DNA of 64,000 nt from the human T2T-CHM13v2.0 reference genome, Homo sapiens (GCF_009914755.1 NC_060925.1); one strand, 5' to 3'. Shown: positions 14,185 through 27,748, counted from the stretch's first letter. The notes: a model not told the origin generated them from the letters alone. Translations and numbers: made by a program.

Positions 14185-16028
14185 AATGAAGAACGGTGTA
14201 CCCATTCCCTCAAGCATTTATCCTTTGTGTTATAAACAATCCAATTATGCTCTTTCAGTTATTTCAAAATGCATGATGAAGTTATTAGTGACTATAGTCA
14301 CCCTGTTGTGCTAGCAAATAGTAGGTCTTATTCATTATTTCTAACTAAATTTTTTATATCAATTAACTATCCCCACCTCCTCCCCCTCCAAATCTTCACT
14401 ACCCTTCATGGCCTCTGGTAACTATCCTTCTACTCTCTACATTCATAACTCAATTGTTTTAATGTTTAGATCCCACAAATAAATGAGAACATGTGATGTT
14501 TGTGTTTCTGTGCCTGGCTTATTTCACTTAACATAATGATCTCCAGTTCCATCCATGTTGGTGGAAATGACTGGAATTCATTCTTGTTTATGGCTGAATA
14601 GTACTCCACCATGTTTTCATTATTCATTCATCTGTTGAGGGACACCTCAGTTGCTTCCAAATCTTAGCTATTGTGAGTAGTGCTGCAACAAACATGACAG
14701 AGAAAATATCTCTGCAATGTACTGATTTCCTTTCTTTTTAGTATATATCCAGCAGAGAGATTGCTGGATCATATGGTAGCTCAATTTTTACTTTTGGGAG
14801 GAACCTCCAAACTGTTCTCCACAGTGGTTGTACTAATTTACTTTCCCAGCAAAGAAGGTTTCCCTTTTCTCCACATCCTCTTCAGCATTTGTTATTGCTA
14901 TATTGTTTTTTGTTATATCTTCTGGATATAAGCCATTTTAACTGTGGTGAAATGATATCTTACTGCAGTTTTAATTTGCATTTCTCTGATGATCAGTGAT
15001 GTTGAACACCTTTTCATATGCCTGTTTGCCATTTGTGTGTTTTCTTTTGAGAAATGTCTATTCAAATCATGTGCACATTTTCTGATCAGATTATTAGATT
15101 TTTTTTCCTATAGAGTTGTTTGAGCTCCTTATATTTTCTGGTTATTAACCGGTTGTCAGATATGTAGTTTGCAAATGTTTTCTCCCATTCTGTGGGTTGT
15201 CTTTTCAATTTGTTGATTGCTTCCTTTGGTGTGCAAAAGCTTTGTAACCTAATGTGATCCCATTTGTTCGTTTTTGCTTAGGTTGCCTGTGCTTGTAGGG
15301 TGTTGCTAAAGAAATTTTTGCCCAGATTAATGTCCAGGAGATTTTCCCCCAATTTTTTTTTTTGTAGTAGTACTTTCATAGTTTGAGGTCTTAGATTTAA
15401 ATCTTTAATCCATTTTTCCTTGATTTTTTTATATGGCCAGAGATAGGGGTCTAGTTTTATTCTTCTGCATATGAATATCTAGTTTTCCCAGCACCATTTA
15501 TTGAAGAGGCTGTCTTTTCCCCAGTGTACCCTCTTGGCACACTTGTCAAAATGAACTAACTGTAGACATGTAGATTTGTTTCTTTGTTCTCTATTCTGTT
15601 CCATTGGTCTCTGTGTCTGTTTTCATGCCAAAACCATGCTGTTTTGGTAACTGCAGCTCTTTAGTATAATTTGTGGTTAGGTAATATGATTTCTCTAGTT
15701 TTGTTCTTTTTGCCTCAGATAGCTTTGGCTATTATGAGTCTTTTTGTGTTTCCATATGAACTTTAGGGTTTATTTTTTCTATTTGTGTGAAGAATATATC
15801 ATTGGTATTTTAAGAGGGATTGCACTGAATCTGTAGATTGCTTTGTATAGTATAAACATTTTAACAATATTGATTATTCCAGTCAATGAACATAAAATAT
15901 TTTTTCATTTTTGGTGTACAACTTCTTTCATCAGAGTTTTATAGTTTTCATTATAGAGATCTTTCACTTCTTAAGTTAATTCCTAGGGATTTAATTTATG
16001 TGTGGCTATTGCAAATGGGATAACTTTT

Positions 16029-16214
16029 TTATTTCTTTTTCAGATTGTTCACTGTTAGCATATAGAAAGCTACTGATTTTTGTATGTTGATTTTGTATCC
16101 TGCAATTTTACTGAATTTGTTTATCAGTTCTAATAGTTTTCCTGTGGAGTCTTTAGGTTTTTCCCAATATAAGATCATATCTTCTGCAAACATGAATAAT
16201 TTTACTTCTCCCAT
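16029..16214 (-). pseudogene. L1 ORF2 reverse-transcriptase remnant
   Basis: [21 protein letters not shown]...[21 protein letters not shown]; catalytic FADD changed to FAED. Confidence 0.92.
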
Positions 16215-17891
16215 TCCAATTTGGATGCTCTTTATATTTTTCTCTTGTCTGATTGCTCTAGCTAGGACTTCTAGTACTACATTGAATAACAGTGGTGACA
16301 GTGGGCATCCTTGTCATGTTCCAAATCTTAGAGGAAAAGGTTTCAGTTTTTCCCCATTAAGTGTGATACTAGCTGTGGGTCTGTCATATGTGGCTTTTAT
16401 TATGTTGAGGTATTTTCCTTCTACAGCCAGATTTTTAAGGATTTTTATCATGAAGGGATATTAAATGTTTTCAAGTCATTTTTCAGCATTAATTTAAATA
16501 ATCATATTTTTATCCTTCATTCTGTTGATACAATGTATCACATTGATCGATTTGCATATGTTGAACCATCCTTGCAGCCCAAAGACAAATCCCACTTGGT
16601 CATGATGATGATTTTTCTAATATATTGTTGAATTAAGTTTGCTAGTATTTTGTTGAGGGTTTTTACATCAATATTCAACAGAGATATTGGGCTTTAGTTT
16701 TCTTTTTTTGATGTGTCTTTGTCTGGTTTTGGAATCAGGGTAACACTGGTATTGTAGAATGAGTTTAGAAGTATTCCCTCCTCCTCTATTTTTTTCAGAG
16801 GAGTTGGTATTAGTTCTCTGAATGTTTGATAGCAATCAGCAGTGAAGACATAGGATCTCAGGCTCTTCTTTACTGGGAAACTTCATTGCCGCTTTGATCT
16901 CATTACTTGTTATTGGTCTGTTCAGAATTTGGATTTCTTCCTGGCTCAATCTTGGTGGGTTTTATGTATATAGGAATTTGTTTATTTCTTCTAGATTTTC
17001 CAATGTATTCACATATGGTTGATCATAGTAACCACTAAGGATTCTTTGAATTTCTGCAGTATTAGTTGTAATGTCTCCTTTTTCATTTCTGCTTTTTAAA
17101 ATTTATGTCTTCTCCCTTGTTTTCTTAGTTAGTTTGGCTAAAGTTTTGCCAATTTCGTTTAACTTTTCAGAAAACCAACTTTTTTGCTTCTATTATCTTT
17201 TGTATTTTTTAAAATTTCAATTTCATTTATTTCTGCTCTTATCTTTGTTATTTCTTTTCTTCTACTAATTTTGGATTTTGTTTGCTATTGCTTTTCTAGT
17301 TCTTTGAGATACATCATTAGATTGTTTCTTTGAAGTTTTTCCTCTTTTTTGATTTAGGCACTTACAGCTATAAACCTCCTTCTTAGTACTGCTTTTGCTG
17401 TATCCAATAGGTTTTGGTATATTGTATTTTCATTATCATTTGCTTTATGAAATTTTTCAATTTCCTTCTTAATTTCTTCATTGACTCAGTGGTCATTCAG
17501 GAGCATAATTTTTAATTTCTATGTATTTGAATAGTTTCTAAAATTCCTCTTGTTATTGATTTTTAGTTTTATTCCATTGTGGTCAGGGAAGATGCTTGAT
17601 ATTATTTCAGTTTTCCTGAATGTTTTAAGACTTGTTTTATGACCTAACATATGGTCTATTCCTGAGAGCAATCCATGTGCTCAGGAAAAGAATTTGCATT
17701 CTGCAGCTGTTAAATGAAATGTTCTGTAAATATCTATTAGATCCATTGGGTCTATGTGCAGACTAATTCCGATGTTTCTTTATTGATTTTCCATCTATAA
17801 GATCTGTCTAATGCTGAAAGTGGGGTGTTGAAGTCTCTAGTTATTATTGCATTGGGGCCCCGCTCTCTTTTTAGTTCTAATGATATTTCAT

Positions 17892-18173
17892 TTATATATT
17901 TGGATGCTCCAATGTTGTATATATATTTAAAATTGTTATATCATCTTGGTGAATTGACTCCTTCATCATTATCCAGTGACCTTCTTTGTCTCTCATTATA
18001 GTTAGTTTCTTGAAATCTATTTGGACTGTTGTAAGTATAGCTGCTCCTGCTATTTTTTGGTTTCCATTGCTATAGAATATCTTTTTCCATCCCTTTATTT
18101 TTAGTCTATGTATGTCTTTATAGGTGAAGTGTGTTTCTTGTAGGCAACAGGTTAATGGGTCTTGTTTTTTCAT
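17892..18173 (-). pseudogene. L1 ORF2 APE endonuclease remnant
   Basis: KKQDPLTCCLQETHFTYKDIHRLKIKGWKKIF...RDKEGH. Confidence 0.92.
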
Positions 18174-19191
18174 TCATTCTGCCACTTTATGGTTTGATTG
18201 GAGAGTTTAGTCCCTTTACATTCAATGCAGTTATTGATAAGTAAGGACTTACTTGTGCCATTTTGTTACTTGTTTTCTGGTTGTTTTGTGGTCTTCTCTT
18301 CCTTCTTTTTTTTCCTTCCTGTCTTCCTTTAGTGAATGTGATTTTCTTTGGTGATATGATTTAGTTTCTTGCTTTTTAATTTTTGTGTATTCATTGTATG
18401 TTTTTTGGTTTGAGGTTACTGCGAAGCTTCCAAATACTGTGTTATAACCCATTATTTTAACCTGATAATAAGTTAACACTGTTTGCCTAAACAAGCAAAC
18501 AAGCAAAAAGAAAACTAATAAAAACTTTACATGTTAATTTTATAATCCCATTTGTAAACTTTTTGTTGTCCCTATTTATATCTCACTCTACTGCTATGTC
18601 TTGAAGAGCTGTTGTAGTTATTATTTTTGATTGGTTCACTGTTTAGTGTTTCTGTTTAGAATAAGATTAGTTTACACCACAGTTACACTGTTATAATATT
18701 CTGTTATATTATATTATTTTCTATGTATTTACTATTGCCAGTAAATTTTGTAACATCGGGTGATTATTTACTGCTCATTTAAATCCTTTTTTTTTTTCTG
18801 ACTGAGATACTCCCTTTAGCACTTCTTGTAGGACAGGTCTTGTGTTGATGAAATCTCTCAGCCTTGTTTGTCTAGGAAAGTCTCTATTTCTCCTTCATGT
18901 GTGAATGCTATTTTCACCAGATAGGGTAAAAGGTTTTTTTGTTGTTGTTTGTTTTGTTTTTGTTGTTGTTGTTGTTTTCCTTCAGCACTCTAAATGTGTC
19001 GTGCCACTCTCTCCTAGCTTGTAAGGTTTCCACTAAAAAGTCTGCTGCCAGACATATTGGTGCTCCATTGGGTGCTATGTGTTTCTTTTCTCTTGCTGCT
19101 TCTGGATCCTTTCTTCATTCTTGATCTTTGGGAGTTTGATTATTAAATGCCTTAAGGTAGACTTCTTTGGGTTAAATCTACTAGGTGTTCC

Positions 19192-19455
19192 CTAATCTTC
19201 TTGTGCTTGGATATTGATATCTTTCTCTAGGTTTGGGAAGTTCTCTGTTACTATCCTTTTGAATAAACTTTCTACCCCTATCTCTTTCTCTGTCTCCTCT
19301 TTAAAGCCAGTAACTCTTAGATTTGGCCTTTTGAAGCTTTTTTTAAATAGATATGCTTCATTGTTTTTTATTCTTTTATTTTTTGTCTCCTCTGACTGTG
19401 CATTTTCAAATAGCCTGTCTTCAAGTTCAGTAATTGGTTCTTCTGCTTGATTCAT
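19192..19455 (-). pseudogene. L1 ORF1p remnant (coiled coil/RRM)
   Basis: QAEEPITELED...KRPNLRVTG...ENFPNLEKDINIQAQE. Confidence 0.9.
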
Positions 19456-20050
19456 TCTGCTATTAAAGGACTCTGCTGCATTCTCCAGTATGCCAATTGT
19501 ATTTTTCAGCTTTAGAATTTCTGCTTGATTCTTTTAAACTATTTCAATCTGTTGTTAAATTTATCTGATGGAATTTTGGATTCCTTCTCTGTGTTCTCCT
19601 GAATTTCTCTGAGTTTCCCCAACACAACTATCTTTAATTGTCTTTCTGAAAGGTCACATTTTTCTGTTTCTTCAGGATTGGTCACTGATACCTTATTTAG
19701 TTCATTTTGTGTGGTTATTTTTTTTTTCCTGGATGGTACTGATGCTAGTAAATGTTCTTCAGTGCCTGGACATTAAAGGGTTAGGTATTTATTGTAGTCT
19801 TTACTATCTAGGCCTGTTTGTACTTGTTCTTCTTGGGAAAACTTTCCAGATATTCAAAAGTACTTGGGTGTTGTGATCTAAGCTTTACTTGCTTTAGGCG
19901 GCACCCCAAGCCCAGTAATTTTGTTGTCCTTGCAGACACATAGAGGTACTGCCTCAATGGTCTTAGATAAGATCCAGGAGAATTCTCTGGATTAGGCATC
20001 ATCTGGCAGAGGCTTCATCTTTTCCCTTACTTTCTCCCAAACAATTGGAG

Positions 20051-20121
20051 TCTCTCTCTCTCTCTCTTTCTCTTTCTCTCTCTCTCCCTCTCTCTCTTTC
20101 TCTTTCTCTCTCTCTCCTCTC
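20051..20121. repeat. (CT)n-rich tract inside the L1 5' region
   Basis: Directly visible. Confidence 0.92.
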
Positions 20122-22572
20122 AGCTACCTGAAGCTTGAGGTGAAGTGACATAAGTACTCCTGTGGCCACCACTGCTATGACTGCTCTGGGTCATGCCTGA
20201 AGCTAGCACAGCACTCGGTCTTGCCCAAGTCTTGTTGTTATCACTCTCTAGCCAGTGCCTGTGTTCTCCTAAGGCCCTGGAGTTCTCCAGTCAGCAGGTG
20301 GCTGACCTGAGTGGGTTCACAGATGCTGTCCAGGGGTCAGAGAAGAGTCAAAAACCTAAGAAGTCTGCCTGGTGTTCTATTGTACTGCAGCTGAGCTGGC
20401 ACTCAAACCAAAAGATGCAGTCTTTCCCACTTTTTTATCTCCTTTCCAAAGGCAAAAGAGCCTCACTTCATAGCCACTGCCACCACAGACTACAGAGAAT
20501 ACTGCCAGACTACTGCCAATGTTCTTTTATGGCCCAAGGGCTCTTAAGACAGTTTTGGTGAATGCTGCCTGGCCCCTAGCACTTACCCTTTAGGGCAGTG
20601 GATTCCCCTGTTAGCCCAAAGCAGGTCCAGAAATGCCATCCAAGAGTCAATTCCTGGAACCAGGGACCCTAAGAGCTCATTTGGTGCTCAACCCTGCTGT
20701 GGCCATGCTGGCACCTGAAGTCAGCAAGTCTCAGAGGCTCACCCAAAGCCCTCGGGTAGTACTTAGGTATCACTGCTGGTTATTCAGGGCCCAAGGGCTC
20801 TTCAGTTAGCAGGTGATTAATATTGCCAGGACTGGGTCTTCTCTTCAAGGCAGCAGGTTCCCTACTGGCCCAGGGTGTGTCTAGACATATTGTCCAGGAG
20901 GTAGGGCCTAAAATAGGGGCCTCATGACTCTGACCAGTGCGGTATCCTCCTGTGGCTGAGCTGGTATCTGAGATGGAAGACAAAACCCTTCCCACTTTTC
21001 CCTCTCCTCTCCTCAAGCAGAAGAAAGGGATCTCTTTTGGAGCTGTGAACTGTGCAGTCTGGGGATATGGGAGAGGTGATGGCAGCACTGTGTTAGCAGC
21101 CCCAGCTAGTTGTCTCAATGGAACGCATGCCCTCCCAGTCCACTGTCTCTGGGCTCAGTTCAACACTAGGATTCACCTAAGAGTTACAGTTCTTACGACT
21201 TTTCAAGTTTACTTAGAGACCCAGAGCACATTAGCCCATTCTGGCAGAGATCTGTAGGAACTGCAGTTCTTACCTCTGGGATCACCAGTTCCCCTCTGGC
21301 GAGGGCTGTTTTAAATGCTCTCTCTGTGTGTGGGCATCAGCTGAGTTTGGTCCAGTTTTCCTTTTTGCTCTAACAGAATATTGCTGAGTTCCGTGTATCA
21401 CAGTTGCTGTGTTCTCCCTTCCCTAGCACCTAGAGAGTTCACACTGCACTGCTTTTGTTAGGGGAGTGTGAAGAGTGGTGCCAGTGATTCAGGACTGTTT
21501 TTTCTATCTCTTCAGTGTCTGTTTCAGTGATACAAAGATAAAACCAAGTACTATGAGGGCTCACCTGATTTTTGTTTTTTATGAAGGTGTTTTTTTCTGT
21601 GTAGGTAGATGTTAAATTGGTGTCCTTGCAGGGGAATGATCAGTGGAGCCTTATATTCTGTCATCTTGCTTTACTTTCCTCTCAAAGAAAAAACTTTAAA
21701 AAATCAGTATGTGCATGATTTTTGTACATATACCTATCAGCATAGTATTGCTAAACACAATATATTTTCAAGAAGGAAGGTGATCATTTTTAATATGTTT
21801 TCTCTGCTTTGACAATCAAAATTTCATTCTTAAGAAGCAAATATTTTTTAGTTATTATTTTGAAGTTAAATCTCTTCGAATATATTGCCAGATCACTATT
21901 TTTTTCCTAATTCACATGTGTTCAACCACATTTATACCTTGTCCAAACATAGGATCTTCATTATTCTGGTTAGCTAACACAGAGGGACGTAAGTTGAACT
22001 TTTTATTTCATGATTTCTACAACATTATCTGGGAATTAATATTCAGTAACAAAGGCTTTTTAAAAAACTCACACATTTAAGGAGGAAATATGCATTATGC
22101 TGCCCGAAGAGGGATTTATAATTCTGAGACTCAATTCTGCAAGTGCAACAAGGACTGATACCTGTAAATACAAGCACCTACAAGGTTTGCACAGATACTG
22201 GGAGTTCATCCTTCATCAATGTGTTCATTGAATAACTAGGTATTTGGTTCTTCTTGGTGCCAGATGCTGTACTTGAGTGCACAGGGTATAAATAACAGGG
22301 CTCATAGTTGTTTACAGTGAGTAAAGAGCAAGATATATTACATAAGTTTCTTCTAACACTACATCTTTGGTCATAATCTTGAAGATTTTCATTCACTTAA
22401 GATGTATTAACTATGATTTCTGTTCACCCTTTCTTTTTTTCTCATTACAAAAAAAGTCTATATATTGTAGCCACAGAATAATTTAGAAAATATGACGTTA
22501 TGTGTTTTTGGTAATTCTAAATTTTATAATGGTTTTAAGTTATCATGTAACCTTTTTATAAAAAAGATTAGA

Positions 22573-23125
22573 TGATAACAATATCAATAACTGGCATTTA
22601 TTGTGCTTTTCCTGTACTGGGTGCCAGGCACTGCTCTATATGCTCTACCATATGTATCTCTATGTATCTTCACAACAATCCAATTAGGTAGGTATTCATA
22701 TCTGTTATCAAAGTTCTGGTATCCAAAACCCTGGAAACTGAAAGCTGTTTTCATTCAATTGATGATAAAATTTATTTGGTGGCAGAAGTCTGAACTGAAT
22801 TGATTTCGGTTAATCATAATCTTTAACCAAATTTACTTAGTGTGAATATTTATATATTTAGCTGAAAAATACTTTCTTGTAATAGGTATTGCTGTGACTG
22901 TGATATGGAATATGGAGAGAATTACCTTATTATAATACAGTTTACATTGAGAAATACAGCTAGTCTCAGGGTTTCAGTAAAGGGATTGCAGAACTTTTTT
23001 TAATACCCATTTTACTAATGAGTAAACTGAGGTTCAACATGCTTAAGAAACTTGTCCAGGATAACATAGTCAGTGTCCGGAGAGGTAGTGTTGAAACTCA
23101 GTCTTAGATGGCTAAAAGTCAGGAA
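22573..23125 (-). mobile_element. MIR split by MER46C
   Basis: gcatttattgtgc...gtgccaggcactg...cttcacaacaatcc..ggtaggta | cccattttactaatgagtaaactgagg. Confidence 0.75.
22689..22997. mobile_element. MER46C (TcMar-Tigger MITE)
   Basis: atttggtggcagaagtctgaactgaa, ttagtgtgaatatt and agggtttcagtaaagggattg match the recalled consensus. Confidence 0.75.
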
Positions 23126-23199
23126 TGACTAATCTCCCTCATATTCAAGTAATGTATGAATAGACATTAATGAATCAATGCTGTGGAAACAGTATAATT

Positions 23200-23410
23200 A
23201 ACAGGAAAGAGCTTTTGTCTGAGTATTTGAGTATCTTTAAAAAGAAATTCTAACCCAAGTTCTATTACTAACTAGCTATTCAACCTTAGGCGAGTCTCTT
23301 AAATGATCTCTATTCTAAATTCTTGTTCATATGATGAGGATTATTATACCTTCTTTTAAAAAAATCTTGTAAAGTTAAAGTGCAATAATATTGCTGAAAG
23401 TACTTTGAAA
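23200..23410 (+). mobile_element. MIR
   Basis: ccaagttctattactaactagct...accttaggcgagtctcttaa...gaaagtactttg. Confidence 0.6.
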
Positions 23411-23530
23411 CTAATTAGTTCTATACTTATATAAGATGTTATTATAACAGTTTCATAATATAAAGAGATATTTTTGTTCCCTTGAAATGAAAAGTACATT
23501 AGAACCAAATCAAACTTAAAATACTCAAGA

Positions 23531-23805
23531 GAAGCATTTTCCAAAGTGCGTTTCACAGAACACCAATCTATGAAATACTCCAGGACAAAAACAATGTCGT
23601 GGTCCAAAAGTTGGAAAAAGATGTATATTATTTCTCCCTCCTGAAGATTCATAAGACTCACGAAGCTACTAAAGACCCTTATAATATTGCCTAAAGAGAA
23701 CTCTTTTTTGTAGTATTTAACCCAGAATTTCCTAAATTCATTAAGCCACCCTCCCCACTTTAATAACATCTTTAATATCTTGTGAAACTATTTTGAGAAA
23801 CACGT
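23531..23805. mobile_element. hAT-Charlie MITE (MER103/MER112/MER113-like)
   Basis: Terminal inverted repeats gcattttccaaagtg ... tattttgagaaacac. Confidence 0.5.
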
Positions 23806-24169
23806 CTTAGGACATTTTCACAAAAGAATTAGTATTTAGAAAGCTAAAATTCTCATTATTGCTAGTTGAATTTTATTTCTACGTGGAAAATTATTTAGTT
23901 ATTTTAGTAATAACAGTCATTCTGTTATATTTAGAAAAGTATAGTTTTATTTCCTTCTGCCAAAAATGTGTTCACAAAATATTATTTCTTTTTTCAACAA
24001 TACTTCTCTCATAATGATATATCCTAGTAGAATAGCAATTTATTGGATTTCATCAACATTGCCATAAGTGTGCTACACAAAAGAATTCAATTTTTAAAGA
24101 GTTCTCATTTATTTATTTTTTCTTATTTTTGTTTATGAATAAAAAACTGCATACAGTTTTTTGGTATAT

Positions 24170-24370
24170 TCCATTTTATGTGTTAGGGGGACATAGGGTG
24201 CCCAGATATTTGGTCAAATGTTCTTCTGTGTGTTTCTGTCAAGGTGTTTCTGAATGACAATGATATTTGAATTAGTAGACTGAGTAAAGCGGATTGCCCT
24301 CCCTAATGTGGGTAGACATTGTCCAGTCAGTTGAGGCTTGAATAAAACAAAAGACTTAGTAAAGCGAACA
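24170..24370 (+). mobile_element. MLT2 LTR 5' fragment
   Basis: gggtgcccagatatttggtcaaa...gaattagtagactgagtaaagcggattgccctccctaatgtggg. Confidence 0.85.
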
Positions 24371-24377
24371 CTGATGA

Positions 24378-24670
24378 AGCCAGGCGCAATGGCTCATCCC
24401 TGTAATACCAGGGCTTTGGGAGGCAAAGGTGGGTGGATAGCTTGGGCCCAGGAGTTTGAGGCCAGCCTGGGCAACACAGTGAAACCCTGTCTCTATAAAA
24501 AAAAAAAAAATAGCCAGATGTGGTGGTGTGCACCTGTAGTTCCGGTTACTTGGGTGCCAAGTAAGGAGGATTGCTTGAACGTGGGAGGTTGAGGCTGCAG
24601 TAAGCCAAGATTACTCCATTGCACTCCAGCCTGGGTGACAAAGTGAGACTCTGTCTCACAAAAAAGAAAA
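24378..24670 (+). mobile_element. AluJ
   Basis: Dimeric Alu with J-type gcttgggcccaggagtttgag and gaggctgcagt. Confidence 0.93.
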
Positions 24671-24729
24671 TGCAAAGATTAATAGTACATGGTATGTGTT
24701 GTAGAAATAAACATTACAAAAACGAAAAC

Positions 24730-25141
24730 AAAAAGGGGTTATTTACTCAGAATCACCCACCCTCTCTAGTATTTCCCAGTGACTCAAAGCAGGCAGTGGA
24801 GTGGGAAAAGTTCATAGTGAAAAAAATGTGAAGGCTTCATGTATGTTCTGATTAGAGATTATTGGCATGGGAAGCTGGAGGCAGGCTAGGTAGAGTCAGG
24901 GTATTTTTTGTCATTGTTTTAGGGAAGCATATTTGTCTTTCTCTGGTTGACCTGTAATTTGAAGTAGAGACAAAAATTAGGGAAGCTGGAAGTCATTAAC
25001 TAAGTCCTGACCATTCTGGAGCAGTTGCTGAAGAGGCTGTGGCTTGGCTTGCTGGACAGGTTGCCAGGAAACTATAGAGGCTTTTTAGTTTAGAGTTCTA
25101 TTTTTCTCTATGGTCTGTCCATTTGTACGTTCAATCTCTTG
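24730..25141 (-). mobile_element. ERV1-class solo LTR (MER90/MER89-like)
   Basis: aaaaattagggaagctgg..agtcatt..aagtcctgaccattctg; agagttctattttt; ggcatgggaagctggaggcaggct. Confidence 0.65.
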
Positions 25142-27366
25142 GTGAGACATCATTATAATATTATTGTGAAATAATTTTAGAAGATAAAGTAAAATTTTAT
25201 ATTATGTATACTAAGGGGGGGAGGGAAAGACTTTCATGGTTGTTTCTAGCACGGATAATGGTAATGGTCTCTCTGACAAAGGTATCATATTGATCATCAA
25301 AGCCACTGATAGAGAATATGGAACCATAGGACCAACAAATCAATAGTGGTAGGAGGTGTGGGAAAATTTCTGAAAATTATACTCTATGGATTTAAGTAAT
25401 AAATTTAAGGTGCATACCCAACCTATCTTTTCTGTGAAGAGATGCATGATCTATTCTAGTGTACATTGTTAGAATATACCTTATTCTTATCTAACTTTAA
25501 TTATGGCAGCATCAGCAAATTTCACACTGACTCTCCAATTTAGCAGATTTTGCTGGCAGACTTTAGCCAGTTTATCCCGATAGTTGGTCTACTAATTCAC
25601 ATTAGCCTCTGTGGAAGAGCAAATTGCACTTAAGTAGAAGAGTGATGTATTTAAATGACAGATCTGCATATACAGAACCTCTCACATCATGAATGTAAAA
25701 AGGTGAGGAGCAGAAACCTCGGTTGCTCATTTGTTTTCCTTGAATGATCATTTGCATTATTCACTTTCAAAACATAAATGGGCTCTTTTTATTCTCACTC
25801 ACATATGTATCTGCCATATAGTATCTAAGAAAAACATATGCATAGCTCTAAGAAAATGATGTATACATTCTTGTGAAGTAGAACACTTATTTTTCAAAGA
25901 TCAAGAGAAAACTTATTTTTTGCTTTTAGCAATAAGATAGCATTGCTAAACAGAAAAGTGTTAGGTTCTTTGCAGCCTTTTACAAGAAATGACTATACAA
26001 TTGTACCTAGAATATGCCTGTTACAAATAAAATACATATTGTTTTGTGTCTTTCATTTAGATACTTTATTGAATAATGGATGATTATTTATGTCTTCAAT
26101 TTCTTTGGCAAGTCTTAGAGTTTCAGCTCTGTAGACCATTAAGTTGCAAATGATACAGCTTCTTGCTTCACAAACTGAAGTGCCCTCAGCAGCAAAGAAT
26201 GCATTCAAGTCCCCAGGCACTCCACTGGGGCCATATTTGGGACAAGTGACATTTTTAAAAGATTGTTTGAGGGTTGAGTAGGGAGAAAGTTAAGTGTGAT
26301 CTGTTTCTCACAGGTCAAGTTGTTTGTGTTTTCACAAGGCTGACATAGGGTTTCTGATCAGCAATCTCAGGGAAACAATTGTAAAAGTCTTTTCAGTGGA
26401 GAGATAACCCTGTAATGCTATTTATTTAACACACATACGCTATATATGTTTCACATGCAAAGTGAAGTACTAGCTCAAACAAATCAAAGTTGTCTCCATC
26501 TCTCAAACTTAATTTTTACTAGAGAAATGTTATTTCCTTGTCTAACTTCAGGGTCTGATCCACAATTTAGGGAATCAACCATTAAAATAAATAATAAGAT
26601 AAACTATTTTGCTTTGTGTTGTTTGAGACTGTTCCACTTTAGAAAAAATATCTGTTAAAAAAGCCGATGTCTGACCCTTTATCACTAAACTCTTATCTGA
26701 TCCCTTGCTACTCAAGCGTACAGTGGTTTCATGTTCCATATTTCATTTCATCTTTTGACATGCAATCTCATTTTTCAATGTGAAGAAAGTAATGAATTAA
26801 CTTGGTGCTCAAAATAGTCATAAAAAGCCAAGATTGTCCACTTATTTAGGCAAGGTACCAGTATTATTTTTCAATTACAATAAATTGACCTAAAATAATC
26901 AATCTTCAAATTAGTCTTTTTATACCATCTAACCATTTTAAAAATTTCAGTTGATTGGAGGAAAAAAAATGTGGAAGTAGGAGAATATAAATAAATGATA
27001 AAATGGCTAATGGTGCATCCTGGAGAGGTAATACCCCAGATGCAAGCATTCTTTCCCCCACTTTGTCTGTGAATACCAGAAAAAAATTACCTTACACGTC
27101 TTCTGAAATTCTATTCACAGGTTATTTTGACATCATATTTGGCCAATGACTGTGTAATTTATTTCTTTTTACAAACATAATCACTTTAAATGATTAGATT
27201 ACATTAGTAAAGTAGCTGGACATTATTACCCAAGCTTACATCCAGCTCTTAGACAAAAAATTCTACTAACCTCAAGCTCCCAGAAGTTTAGAAAGTCATC
27301 TGCGTGCAGTGAATCCCTTCAAAGTCTTATTCAACAAGCACATCTTTTCTAGGTTAGTGGTCTGGG

Positions 27367-27694
27367 TTTTTTGTTGTTGTTGTTGTTGTTTTGTTTGTTT
27401 GTTTGTTTGTTTGAGATGGAGTCTTGCTCTGTTTCCCAGGCTGGAGTGCAGTGGCACAGTCTTGGCTCAGTGTAACCTCCACCTCCTGGGTTCAAGCGAT
27501 TCTTGTGCCTCAGCCTCTGGGGTAGCTGGGATTACAGGCGTGCGCCACCATGCCCAGCTAATTTTTGTATTTTTAGTAGAGGTGGGGTTTCACAGTGTTG
27601 GCCAGGCTGATCTCGAACTCCTGACCTCAAGTGATCTGCCCGCCTCGGCCTCCCAAAGTGCTGGGATTATAGGCATGAGTCACTGCGCCTGGCC
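27367..27694 (-). mobile_element. AluS (Sx/Sz-like) with (TTG)/(TTTG) tail
   Basis: Full reverse Alu; imperfect TSD with core gtggtctg on both sides. Confidence 0.96.
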
Positions 27695-27748
27695 TGGTGG
27701 TCTGTTTTTTAACCTCAAACAGATTTTGCTGTATCTGTAATGCAAGAT

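Larger units (their letters stand above)
14185..21683 (-). mobile_element. Near full-length L1MA (L1MA1-3-like) LINE-1, inactive
   Basis: Colinear 3'UTR (ccctcaagcatttatcctttgtg), ORF2 RT and EN remnants, ORF1 remnant and ~1.9 kb 5'UTR ending ...tcatcttgct; many stops and frameshifts. Confidence 0.95.

Noticed and set aside
27309-27740. 143-aa ORF, and similar ORFs at 13419, 13451, 24338 and 48292
   Set aside because: These are Alu translations (e.g. LECSG...ASASQSAGI), a known artefact.
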